Source of the DNA: Lawsonibacter sp.
Lineage (GTDB): Bacteria; Bacillota; Clostridia; Oscillospirales; Oscillospiraceae
DNA length: 35,970 bases
NCBI GenBank assembly: GCA_022793355.1
Contig: JAAWCR010000111.1
Span: forward strand, 1-35,970
Direction: 5' to 3'
The notes below the pieces were generated by a model, which saw only the letters and a list, made by a program, of their open reading frames with translations, had not been told where the DNA came from and ran no database searches. The position numbers were made by a program, and so were the translations under genes. How positions within the stretch are numbered: the first letter of the stretch is position 1; every line of letters begins with the position of its first letter. Below are positions 1 through 8,176 of the stretch, piece by piece.

Positions 1-443
1 CCGGTGGCTGTAACTTTGGTTCTCTGGATGCGGATCTTGTGGATGAAATTGTGTTTGAGGAAATGAGGAAGAAACTGGCCGAGTTTAACACGCTGACCAA
101 GCAGAAGCAGGAGAGCTGTGACTTACAGACAATCAAGCTGAAAACCCGAATAGAGACTATTGACCAGGAGATCGGTTCGCTGCTGGATAAAATTCCGCTG
201 GCGAATGGAGCTGTTATGGAGTACATCAACAACCGTGTAGCTGTCTTGGATGTTGAAAAAAAGGAGCTGTACGCTGAAATCGTACGGCTCACAGAAGGCA
301 AAGGATATAGTCTGGAGAAAATCACAGGATACCTGGATAATTGGGAAAAAATCTCCATGGGCGACAAGCTAACTGTTGTGGATAGCCTGATAGAAAGTAT
401 TTATGCTTCACAGGAAAAAATCAAAATAAACTGGAAAATATAA
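1..443 (+). CDS. Large serine recombinase, C-terminal part (5' end outside window)
   Basis: The frame is open from the window start: GGCNFGSLDADLVDEIVFEEM, a coiled coil, then KLTVVDSLIESIYASQEKIKINWKI. This matches the post-zinc-ribbon/coiled-coil/terminal-strand layout of large serine recombinases. GC is lower than in the flanking genes. Confidence 0.75.
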   Translation, partial: GGCNFGSLDADLVDEIVFEEMRKKLAEFNTLTKQKQESCDLQTIKLKTRIETIDQEIGSLLDKIPLANGAVMEYINNRVAVLDVEKKELYAEIVRLTEGKGYSLEKITGYLDNWEKISMGDKLTVVDSLIESIYASQEKIKINWKI

Positions 444-476
444 ATCGCAAATCCATTCGCTTTTGTTTGTAATGGT
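1..476. mobile_element. Right end of an integrated element inserted in the 3' end of cotJC
   Basis: The recombinase stop (443) lies ~33 bp from the point where CotJC similarity ends abruptly (..HFQRFGE|PLQTK..). Base composition shifts at the same point. Confidence 0.65.
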
Positions 477-1003
477 TCGCCAAACCGCTGGAAGTGGACA
501 ATTTCCCGCTCCCTTAGAAAACGGATCACGTTATTTACATCTGGGTCATCAGACAGGCGCAGGATATTGTCGTAGGTGAGGCGGGCTTTTTGCTCGGCGG
601 CCAGGTCCTCTGTCAAGTCGGCAATAACGTCGCCAGTAGACTGGATAGAGCCAGCGCTCCAAGGGAATCCGGAGGCTGCGGTGGGATAGATCCCGGTGGT
701 GTGATCCACAAAGTAGGGAGCGAAGGCAGGATTGTTCCGCACTTCCTCGTCGGTAAGGTTTCGGGTCAGTTGGTGGACAATGGCCGCGACCATCTCCATG
801 TGCCCCAGTTCTTCAGTACCGATATCTGTAAGCAGCCCCTTGGCCTCGGCGTATGGCATGGAATAACGCTGGGACAGATAGCGCATCGAGGCGCCCAATT
901 CCCCGTCGGGTCCACCATACTGGCTGATGATGAAGGCGGCGAGTTTGGGATTGGGGGTGGAGATTTTTACCGGAAATTGCAGCTTTTTCTCGTAATGGAA
1001 CAT
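401..1003 (-). CDS. cotJC: Spore coat manganese catalase CotJC with C-terminus replaced by element sequence after ~aa 176
   Basis: Motifs QYGGPDGELGASMRYLSQRY, TEELGHMEM, DLAAEQKAR and REREIVHFQRFGE. Lies directly downstream of cotJB. The last 24 aa are not family-like and run antisense into the recombinase. Confidence 0.9.
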   Translation of the reverse strand: MFHYEKKLQFPVKISTPNPKLAAFIISQYGGPDGELGASMRYLSQRYSMPYAEAKGLLTDIGTEELGHMEMVAAIVHQLTRNLTDEEVRNNPAFAPYFVDHTTGIYPTAASGFPWSAGSIQSTGDVIADLTEDLAAEQKARLTYDNILRLSDDPDVNNVIRFLREREIVHFQRFGEPLQTKANGFAIYIFQFILIFSCEA

Positions 1004-1004
1004 C

Positions 1005-1490
1005 TCATTTCACCTCATTCTGCGCAAAATTCCAGGGCCAGGGCTCTGATAGCCACTGGTAGCTGTCACCGGCGGCGGCTGTTTCCTTTGTAATGGGGCC
1101 GTACTTAGATTCATAGGCCGCTTTAGCCGCCTTCTCCATAGCGGAGAACTGTTTAAATAAGCTGAACGCTTCGGTATCATCCTTATGGGTATCCAGGTAG
1201 ATCCCTAGTTCCAGCACCACAAATTCCAGGGCCTGAAGCTCGGCCAAGGGGGTGTCGGGCAGGGAGGAGCCCTGCACAGCAAGACGGAAGGGCAGGTTAA
1301 GCCCGGGAAACAGAGTACCATTGCTCAGAGCCTCAGACTGGGAATATTTTTGGGGGCTGTTCTGCTGAAAAGGCACATAGGGCACCGCCAGCCCGGCGCA
1401 GGATGGCAAAGTGCCATTGCTGTCCGGGCAGCTGGCCGCAGTCTGGGCGGCTGGACGACCGCTGTTGCTGCCATTATTTTCGATCAACAA
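1005..1490 (-). CDS. cotJB: CotJA-CotJB fusion spore coat protein
   Basis: N-terminal LAVPYVPFQ..Y..EAL.NGTLFPGLNLP (CotJA motif), then LQALEFVVLELGIYLDTH..YESKYGP..WLSEPWPW (CotJB). RBS AAGGAGG upstream. Confidence 0.85.
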   Translation of the reverse strand: MLIENNGSNSGRPAAQTAASCPDSNGTLPSCAGLAVPYVPFQQNSPQKYSQSEALSNGTLFPGLNLPFRLAVQGSSLPDTPLAELQALEFVVLELGIYLDTHKDDTEAFSLFKQFSAMEKAAKAAYESKYGPITKETAAAGDSYQWLSEPWPWNFAQNEVK

Positions 1491-1558
1491 GGGAAATTCC
1501 CTCCTTCACTAAATAAAGGAGGACGGGCGCGGGGAGCGCACAGCGTCCCCCTCAATCC

Positions 1559-1618
1559 ATTCTATGACTGGGGCCGCAGATCGGTACACGCATACCAGCC
1601 CAACCACTTCCATAGGAT
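1559..1618. promoter_or_regulatory. Divergent sigma-E-type promoters for cotJ (minus) and the amidase (plus)
   Basis: -10-like boxes CATAGAAT (minus, 1559-1566) and CATAGGAT (plus, 1611-1618) resemble the sigma-E consensus CATAcanT. Both targets are mother-cell-type genes. Confidence 0.55.
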
Positions 1619-1627
1619 AGGAGGGAG

Positions 1628-2335
1628 GTGGTCATATTGAAAAAAGGAATTTTGCTGGCCGGAGCGCTGGTAGCAACCATTCTTCTGCTGGCGCTGGCCC
1701 TGAACCGGCTGAGCAGCCTTGTGGAACCGGTCATGGAACCGTCGGCAATGCAGCATACCAGGCCATTGATTTTGGATGCGGGCCATGGTGGGGAGGACGG
1801 CGGTGCGGTTTCCCTTACCGGAGTGCCAGAGAGCCAAATCAACCTGGCCATTGTCCTCAAACTGCGGGATGTACTGGGGCTATATGGCGTTGACCCCGTT
1901 TTGCTGCGGGAGAAAGACATTTCTCTTCACGACGAAGGAGCGAATACATTGCGGGAGAAGAAGCGGTCTGACCTGAAAAACCGGGTTGAGACCATTGAAG
2001 CCGTTGAAGGGGGCGTCCTTTTGAGCATCCACCAGAACACCTATCCCGGTAGCCGCTACCACGGGACTCACGTGTTTTACGCCCCTACGGAAGACTCCCA
2101 ATCTCTGGCGGAACACTTTCAAACCAGCATAAAAGACGCTCTCCAGCCGGACAATGAGCGGGTTATCAAGCGGATTCCCGATACAGTCTATATTATGAAC
2201 CACGTTACCTGCCCCGCCATTCTAATAGAGTGCGGCTTTCTCACGAACCCAGGGGAGGAGGCTATGCTCCGGGACGAGGACTACCAGCGCAAGCTGTCTG
2301 CCGTCATCGCCGCTGCCTGGCTGACTGCCCCTTGA
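1628..2335 (+). CDS. cwlD: N-acetylmuramoyl-L-alanine amidase (Amidase_3, CwlD-like)
   Basis: N-terminal TM segment; ILDAGHGGEDGGA, ESQINL, LSIHQN and ILIECGFLTN motifs; REKKRSDLKNR is typical of CwlD. Confidence 0.8.
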   Translation: MVILKKGILLAGALVATILLLALALNRLSSLVEPVMEPSAMQHTRPLILDAGHGGEDGGAVSLTGVPESQINLAIVLKLRDVLGLYGVDPVLLREKDISLHDEGANTLREKKRSDLKNRVETIEAVEGGVLLSIHQNTYPGSRYHGTHVFYAPTEDSQSLAEHFQTSIKDALQPDNERVIKRIPDTVYIMNHVTCPAILIECGFLTNPGEEAMLRDEDYQRKLSAVIAAAWLTAP

Positions 2336-2397
2336 ATCCATGGTGGTTTTGTGATAAAATCAGAAGCGTAAACCAAAATTTACAGAGGCAGTTTAAA

Positions 2398-2649
2398 ATG
2401 GACAAATATCCAATGATTAAAAAATATATTGACGAACTGGATTACTTAAATTTGTTGAAGAATTATGCTCCGGGAGATGAATTTGATGTAGAATCGAAAG
2501 AGATTGCCGCTAAAGTCACCGAATTATTGCCTGTGCAGGAAATCGCATGGATAATCGCAGGAGTATTTAACAAGCATTTTAATGATAACAACTCACCGGA
2601 TATGTTTATGGACTGTGCTAAAAAAATTTATGACGAGTTACATCATTAA
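2398..2649 (+). CDS. Small helical protein, DUF1871/YugE-like
   Basis: AT-rich 83-aa ORF; the pattern IDELDYLNLL..APGDEFDVES.EI..IA.IIAGVFNKHF resembles DUF1871. Confidence 0.55.
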   Translation: MDKYPMIKKYIDELDYLNLLKNYAPGDEFDVESKEIAAKVTELLPVQEIAWIIAGVFNKHFNDNNSPDMFMDCAKKIYDELHH

Positions 2650-2695
2650 GTTCCAGCTGATTGAGTAGGTTACGTATAGACAAAGGAGAACAACC

Positions 2696-4066
2696 ATGAA
2701 GGCAAGGACCTTATTTTATTGTACTGAGTGCGGCAATGAGCTGCCCAAGTGGGCGGGCCAGTGCCCGGCCTGCCGGGCCTGGAACACCATTGTAGAACAA
2801 CCGGCCGAAAAGCCCGCCAAGCGGTCCGGGCCAGTGAAGGGGGGTTCGACCCTTGGAGTAGCCGTAAACCGGCCCCGGCCCATGAAGGATGTGGAAATTA
2901 CCGATGAACTGCGCTTCGCCACCGGTATGGGGGAGCTGGACCGGGTGCTTGGGGGCGGCGCGGTGAGAGGCTCCCTGGTGCTGGTGGGGGGCGCACCGGG
3001 TATCGGCAAGTCCACCCTGATGCTGCAAATCTGCGATAATCTGTGCCGCTTCGCCAAGGTACTGTATGTATCCGGGGAGGAGTCGGAGCGGCAGATTAAG
3101 CTGCGGGCAGATCGGCTTCGAGTGCGGGGCGAGGGCCTCTATCTACTGGCCGAGACCAATCTGGAAAACATGGTAGATGCAGTTCACCAGCTGCAGCCCG
3201 ACGTTCTGATTGTCGATTCCATTCAGACGCTGTACCATGGAGATGTAACCTCTGCGCCGGGCAGCGTAAGTCAGGTAAAGGAATGTACCTTAACACTGAT
3301 GCAGCTGGCAAAGGGCGAGAACATTACCGTCTTTGTTATCGGTCACGTAAACAAGGAGGGCTCTATTGCCGGGCCAAAAGTGCTGGAACATATGGTAGAC
3401 TGTGTGCTTTACTTCGAAGGGGAGCGGCATATGGCCTACCGTATTCTCCGAGCAGCGAAAAACCGGTTTGGAGCCACCAATGAAATCGGTGTCTTTGAGA
3501 TGGAGGAGGGGGGACTTGCCGAGGTGCCAAACCCCTCTGAGGCCATGCTGGCCGGGCGTCCCGCCGGAGCGCCCGGAACCTGTGTCACCTGTGTCATGGA
3601 GGGGATACGGCCGGTGCTGGCGGAAATCCAAGCCTTGGTGGTACCCTCCAGCTTGGGGAATCCCCGGCGGGTAAGCAATGGCTTTGAATACAGCCGCTCC
3701 ATGCTGCTGCTGGCAGTATTGGAGAAGCGGGGTGGCCTGATGGTGGGGAATTGTGACGCCTACATCAACGTCATTGGTGGGCTCTATTTGGAGGAGCCCG
3801 CCGCCGACCTGGCCGCCGTGCTGGCATTGGCTTCCAGCTTCCGGGACAAGCCGGTGCCCCATGACTTGGCCGCCGTAGGCGAAGTTGGGCTGACAGGAGA
3901 ACTCCGCGCCGCCAGCGCCTTGGGGCAGCGTTTGGCAGAGGTTCAGCGGCTGGGCTTCACCAAATGCCTTATCCCCAAGCGAACCCAAGGGAAGCTGGTG
4001 GTCCCAGAGGGGCTAGAGCTGATTCGAGTGTCCAACATCCGGGAAGCTATGGCCGCACTGCTGTGA
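2696..4066 (+). CDS. radA: DNA repair protein RadA/Sms
   Basis: CTECG..CPAC zinc finger, Walker A GAPGIGKS, KNRFG motif, Lon-like C-terminal domain. Confidence 0.98.
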   Translation: MKARTLFYCTECGNELPKWAGQCPACRAWNTIVEQPAEKPAKRSGPVKGGSTLGVAVNRPRPMKDVEITDELRFATGMGELDRVLGGGAVRGSLVLVGGAPGIGKSTLMLQICDNLCRFAKVLYVSGEESERQIKLRADRLRVRGEGLYLLAETNLENMVDAVHQLQPDVLIVDSIQTLYHGDVTSAPGSVSQVKECTLTLMQLAKGENITVFVIGHVNKEGSIAGPKVLEHMVDCVLYFEGERHMAYRILRAAKNRFGATNEIGVFEMEEGGLAEVPNPSEAMLAGRPAGAPGTCVTCVMEGIRPVLAEIQALVVPSSLGNPRRVSNGFEYSRSMLLLAVLEKRGGLMVGNCDAYINVIGGLYLEEPAADLAAVLALASSFRDKPVPHDLAAVGEVGLTGELRAASALGQRLAEVQRLGFTKCLIPKRTQGKLVVPEGLELIRVSNIREAMAALL

Positions 4067-4192
4067 TGGCTGTGCGGGCACAAAGTTTACGCATTTAGAC
4101 TGTCCAGGCTCTCCCGCAGAGGCCGCCCGGGACAGGGAACAATAGCCGTCTTTCTGGTAAACGCAGGGGTCGATGCAGACAATGAGGCTCAT
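4013..4192 (-). CDS. Small cysteine-rich protein (59 aa, absent from the ORF track)
   Basis: AAGGAGG RBS, then MSLIVCIDPCVYQKDGYCSLSRAASAGEPGQSKCVNFVPAQPSQQCGHSFPDVGHSNQL*. Overlaps the radA 3' end convergently by 54 nt. Confidence 0.65.
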   Translation of the reverse strand: MSLIVCIDPCVYQKDGYCSLSRAASAGEPGQSKCVNFVPAQPSQQCGHSFPDVGHSNQL

Positions 4193-4266
4193 GGTTTATT
4201 CCTCCTTAAGATTCTTTTGCTTGAGAAAAGAACCAAAGAAAAACCTTACAAAAAACTTCGTTTTTC

Positions 4267-4295
4267 TAGTATGCCAGAAACATTCCGAAAAATAC
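4267..4295 (-). promoter_or_regulatory. Sigma-G/F-type forespore promoter for the small Cys-rich ORF
   Basis: Minus strand GTATT-N17-CATACTA resembles the sigma-G consensus (GnATr ... CATnnTA). Confidence 0.5.
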
Positions 4296-4330
4296 AAACG
4301 GTGCTGGTCCGTTGGACTGGCACCGTTTTT
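4296..4330. terminator. Intrinsic terminator hairpin downstream of tcdA
   Basis: AAACGGTGCTGGTCC-GTT-GGACTGGCACCGTTT with A/T tails. Confidence 0.7.
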
Positions 4331-4333
4331 GTA

Positions 4334-5077
4334 TCAAAATTCACCTAATTCCCGCACAACTGTGGAGGCCAGGAGCAGCCCGGCAGCGGCGGGGACAAAG
4401 GGCATGGAACCCGGCGTATCCCGTCGGGCGGTGGAAGCGGGGCGGGTGCCGGTATCCTCCGGAGCCTCGCAGTCTGCAGAGCGCAGAGGAGAGGTGGGAA
4501 GCTCGGTAGAATAGACCACCTTCAGGTGGTGGATTCCCCGTCTCCGCAGTTCTTTCCGCATCGTACGGGCCAGGGGGCAGCCCTGGGTTTTGGAGATGTC
4601 GGTGACAACAAAAGCGGAGGGGTCAAACTTGTTGCCGGTGCCCATGGCACTGATAATTTTTACTTGTAAGGTGCTACACCTTGTCACTAACTCCAACTTG
4701 GCGGTCACCGTGTCGATGCAATCAATTATATAGTCGTACTGCGCTAAATTTACTTTGTCCGCGTTTTCTGGTAGGTAAAACATGCGAAAAGACCTTACTG
4801 CGCAATCCGGATTGATGTCCTGAACCCGCCGGACCATTACCTCTGCTTTGGACTGACCGATTGTGGAGTGGAGGGCGGCAAGCTGACGATTCAAGTTGCT
4901 TTCGGACACCGTATCGTCATCATAGAGGTGTAAAGTTCCTATACCTGACCGTGCTAGCGCCTCAACGCAATAGCCGCCTACGCCACCTACGCCAAAGACA
5001 GCCACTTTGGCTTTTTTTAAGCGATCCAGCGGTTCGTCTCCCACAAGCAACCGGGTGCGGATAAATTGGTCAGACAT
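4334..5077 (-). CDS. tcdA: tRNA threonylcarbamoyladenosine dehydratase (ThiF family)
   Basis: Start MSDQFIRTRLL after GGAGG; VFGVGGVGGY, SNLNRQ, CPLAR.MRKELR and GSMPFVP motifs. Confidence 0.92.
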   Translation of the reverse strand: MSDQFIRTRLLVGDEPLDRLKKAKVAVFGVGGVGGYCVEALARSGIGTLHLYDDDTVSESNLNRQLAALHSTIGQSKAEVMVRRVQDINPDCAVRSFRMFYLPENADKVNLAQYDYIIDCIDTVTAKLELVTRCSTLQVKIISAMGTGNKFDPSAFVVTDISKTQGCPLARTMRKELRRRGIHHLKVVYSTELPTSPLRSADCEAPEDTGTRPASTARRDTPGSMPFVPAAAGLLLASTVVRELGEF

Positions 5078-5097
5078 AGTGCGCCTCCGTTTCTGTT

Positions 5098-5682
5098 CTA
5101 TATCAGTTGTTGAAAAAGTCCGTGCTGTGTGCAGTACCACAGTAAAATCCCGTGGCCAAAGCAGGGGATACGGGTTTGCAGATCCCATTCGGGGTAGAGC
5201 CGCCGGAGAAACAGCGTGTCTCCGGTGAGTAGAGCCACAAAAGAAATAGCGTGGTCCTTGGTCATGGGGTGAGGGGAGGAGACAAACCAGCTGTCGTCTA
5301 TTTTTTCCACAGACAGCTTGTCCTCGCCTTCCGCCTTTTTTGGCTCCAGCGGGAGTATCGTCCTGCCGCAGCAGGACACGTCCGCCTCGGACGCAGCGGT
5401 AATAAGGTTGCCGCAGTCGGGACAGACGTAACATTTCAGCTTTTTCATATTTCCTCTTTCCTGGTCGTTGGCGTCCAGTTTGCCGGAGAGCAGCGCCTCC
5501 AGCCTGACGCCCAAAACCCTTGATAATTCCGGAAGGAGGGACACTTCGGGGCACCCAAGGCCCCGCTCCCATTTGCTGACCGCCTTGTCACCGACCCCTA
5601 TGGCCTCGGCCAGCGCCTTCTGGGTCAGTCCCTTTTGGGTGCGCAGGGCCCGGATGAGCCCGCCGGTTTTCACCTGGTCCAT
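5098..5682 (-). CDS. XRE helix-turn-helix regulator fused to a desulfoferrodoxin-like domain
   Basis: LTQKALAEAIGVGDKAVSKWERG HTH; YVCPDCGN..CCG, HPMTKDH and YCTQHGL (superoxide reductase-like). Confidence 0.85.
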   Translation of the reverse strand: MDQVKTGGLIRALRTQKGLTQKALAEAIGVGDKAVSKWERGLGCPEVSLLPELSRVLGVRLEALLSGKLDANDQERGNMKKLKCYVCPDCGNLITAASEADVSCCGRTILPLEPKKAEGEDKLSVEKIDDSWFVSSPHPMTKDHAISFVALLTGDTLFLRRLYPEWDLQTRIPCFGHGILLWYCTQHGLFQQLI

Positions 5683-5791
5683 ATGTCCTCACCTCCTGAA
5701 AACAGGGTAGCAGTTTTTTAGGGGAAAATCAATCGCCGTACCGTAGAGTTCTGCTTATTGGGTGTAACTTTGCTCCATAACCTCTTTATGT

Positions 5792-5827
5792 AAAAAGCGC
5801 CTCTGCTTCATAAAACAGAGGCGTTTT
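5792..5827. terminator. Terminator after dapB
   Basis: AAAAAG-CGCCTCTG ... CAGAGGCG-TTTT hairpin. Confidence 0.7.
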
Positions 5828-5830
5828 CAC

Positions 5831-6586
5831 TTATTTCACTAAATAGCTCATGTCATACAGCCCCGGCTTTTCCACACCGGCGATGAACTTAGCAGCCTCC
5901 ACCGCCCCCTGGGCGAAGATTTCCCGAGAGAGGGCGGTGTGCTTGATCTCCATAATCTCGTCGTGCCCGGCGAAAATGATCTCGTGCTCGCCCACGATGG
6001 TGCCGCCTCGAACAGCGGAGATACCAATCTCCTTCTTGTCACGGGGATGGCGGGTGGAATGGCGCTCATAGATGTACTGCGCCTGATAACCGCAGGACTG
6101 GGCCGCTACATCGGCGATCATCAAGGCCGTGCCGGAGGGAGCGTCCACCTTCCGGCGGTGGTGGCGCTCCACAATCTCAATATCATAGCTGTCCCCAAGG
6201 ACGGCGGCGGCCTTTTTCACCAGCTCCAGTAGCACGTTAATGCCCAAAGACATATTGGCGGAGCGGAAGATAGGCACCTCCAGAGCGGCGGAACCCACTT
6301 GAGCCTCCTGCTCGGGGGAGTAGCCGGTGGTGGCAAGAATCAGAGGGATTTTGCGGGCTTTGGCAAATTCCAGCAGGCCGTCCAGCGCGGCGGGGGAGGA
6401 GAATTCAATCAACGCATCTGCCTCGCCGGCAAACTTGGCAGGGGAGTTGTAGACCGGAAACTCCCGATCGCCTGTTCCCAGAACGTCGAAGCCGGCGCAC
6501 ACCTCCACTGCGGGATCGCCGGCGCACAACGCCTCCACCACCCGGCCCATATGGCCGTTACAGCCGGATATGATTATCTTCAGCAT
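5831..6586 (-). CDS. dapB: 4-hydroxy-tetrahydrodipicolinate reductase
   Basis: IISGCNGHMG, ERHHRRKVDAPSGTA and RGGTIVGEHE; start MLKIII. Confidence 0.97.
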   Translation of the reverse strand: MLKIIISGCNGHMGRVVEALCAGDPAVEVCAGFDVLGTGDREFPVYNSPAKFAGEADALIEFSSPAALDGLLEFAKARKIPLILATTGYSPEQEAQVGSAALEVPIFRSANMSLGINVLLELVKKAAAVLGDSYDIEIVERHHRRKVDAPSGTALMIADVAAQSCGYQAQYIYERHSTRHPRDKKEIGISAVRGGTIVGEHEIIFAGHDEIMEIKHTALSREIFAQGAVEAAKFIAGVEKPGLYDMSYLVK

Positions 6587-6673
6587 TATTTTTGTTCCTT
6601 CCGTAGGGCGTGACACCCCCCAGCGCACCGTATGACGAGATTTGCGGCGTGCCAATGGTTACGCCCTGAAAAT

Positions 6674-7561
6674 TTACAGCAGCCCCATCCGCTCCATGGA
6701 GGCACGGAGGACGGCCAGATTTTTGTCCGAGATGTCACACAGGGGCAGGCGCAGAGGACCGGCCTCCATGCCTATCAGGTTCATGGCCGCTTTGATGGGG
6801 ATGGGGTTGACCTCGCAGAAGAGGGCGTCGATCAGATCCATGTACTTGATTTGAAGCTGAGAGGCAGCGGCGAAGTCGTTTTCCAGGCACAGATGGCTCA
6901 TTTTCACCATAATCTCTGGAATGATGTTGGAAGCCACCGAGATTACACCCTTGGCCCCCAGAGCCATCATGGGCACCACCTGGTCGTCGTTGCCCGACCA
7001 GATGTAAAAGTCGTTGGGGCAGAGGCAGCGGGTGTGGGCCAGGAGGGAGAAATTGCCGCCGGCCTCCTTCACACCGTTGATTTTGGGGTTCTCGGACAGC
7101 ACCTTGTAAGTATCGGCGGTGAAGGATACACCGGTGCGGCCGGGTACATTGTAGAGGATGATAGGCAGATCAGTGCGGTCAGCGATGTATTCATAGTGCT
7201 TGATAAGACCGGTCTGGCTGGCCTTGTTGTAGTAGGGGGTAACGTGGAGCAGGGCGTCAGCCCCGGAGTCCTGAGCGTGCTGGGACAGGTAGACGGCGGC
7301 GGAGGTATCGTTGCTGCCCGCTCCGGCGATGACCTTTACCCGGTGGTCCACCCGCTTAACGCAGAATTCCACAGCGGCGATGTGCTCCCGGATGGACATG
7401 GTGGCCGACTCGCCGGTGGTGCCGCAGACGCACACCGCGTCCACCCCCGCCTCAATCTGAGCGTCAATCAGCTTGCCGAAGGCGTCGTAGTTGATGGTGC
7501 CGTGCTCGTCAAAGGGGGTCACCAGGGCGGGGCAGGAGCCGGTAAAGACGGGAGTTCTCAT
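6674..7561 (-). CDS. dapA: 4-hydroxy-tetrahydrodipicolinate synthase
   Basis: ALVTPF, CGTTGES, TPYYNK, YNVPGRTG, GVKEA and NPIPIK. Confidence 0.97.
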   Translation of the reverse strand: MRTPVFTGSCPALVTPFDEHGTINYDAFGKLIDAQIEAGVDAVCVCGTTGESATMSIREHIAAVEFCVKRVDHRVKVIAGAGSNDTSAAVYLSQHAQDSGADALLHVTPYYNKASQTGLIKHYEYIADRTDLPIILYNVPGRTGVSFTADTYKVLSENPKINGVKEAGGNFSLLAHTRCLCPNDFYIWSGNDDQVVPMMALGAKGVISVASNIIPEIMVKMSHLCLENDFAAASQLQIKYMDLIDALFCEVNPIPIKAAMNLIGMEAGPLRLPLCDISDKNLAVLRASMERMGLL

Positions 7562-7585
7562 AAAAAAGCATCCTTTCCAAAAAAT

Positions 7586-8176
7586 TTAAAATGTCACAGA
7601 ATCCAATATTGCGTACGCGCTGGCAAGTAGCTCCTCAGAAGGCTGATAATAACTGGAAATTTCCACCGAAAATACATTGCCGCTTTGTTCCGTCACATAA
7701 ATCTCTCCGACAGCGTACTGTTCGTTATAAGCCAAGTGGGTTGCGGAGTAGTCTCCAGAGCCGAATGTCACTTCCTCACGGATTGCTTCATTACGGATAC
7801 CTACTTCATGGGCTGTGTCCAGGTTCATTGAGCCGCACATTTGATTTACCGCTTCCTCAACAGAAGAGGCGTCCAGGAGGGTTACCCGGACGTTAAGCAT
7901 AAAGCCAGCGTTTTCCCAGCTAGACTCCACAATAAACTGCGTGATGCGCTTCTGGTACTCATCCTCATAATCCCTTGCCGTAAAAAGCTCGGGGTCATAG
8001 GTGACCGAACAACCCAACTCACTGTTGAACTGGACGGCAGGGGCGGATTTGCTCAGTTCAGAATCTGATCCGATCGAAGTGTCCACAGGGCTGGAGCTGC
8101 TACTGCTTCCCACGCTGCGGGGTGAGCAGGAAGTCAGCAGCAAAGCCAGCACCAAGATTGGTATTATCCGTCTCAT
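7586..8176 (-). CDS. Hypothetical lipoprotein
   Basis: MRRIIPILVLALLLTSC lipobox, Ser-rich linker, acidic domain ending ILDSVTF; ATGA overlap with the asd stop. Confidence 0.7.
   Translation of the reverse strand: MRRIIPILVLALLLTSCSPRSVGSSSSSSPVDTSIGSDSELSKSAPAVQFNSELGCSVTYDPELFTARDYEDEYQKRITQFIVESSWENAGFMLNVRVTLLDASSVEEAVNQMCGSMNLDTAHEVGIRNEAIREEVTFGSGDYSATHLAYNEQYAVGEIYVTEQSGNVFSVEISSYYQPSEELLASAYAILDSVTF

Noticed and set aside
4334-5572. 412-aa ORF as a long ThiF fusion
   Set aside because: The upstream part overlaps the HTH gene in another frame; the real start with an RBS is at 5077.
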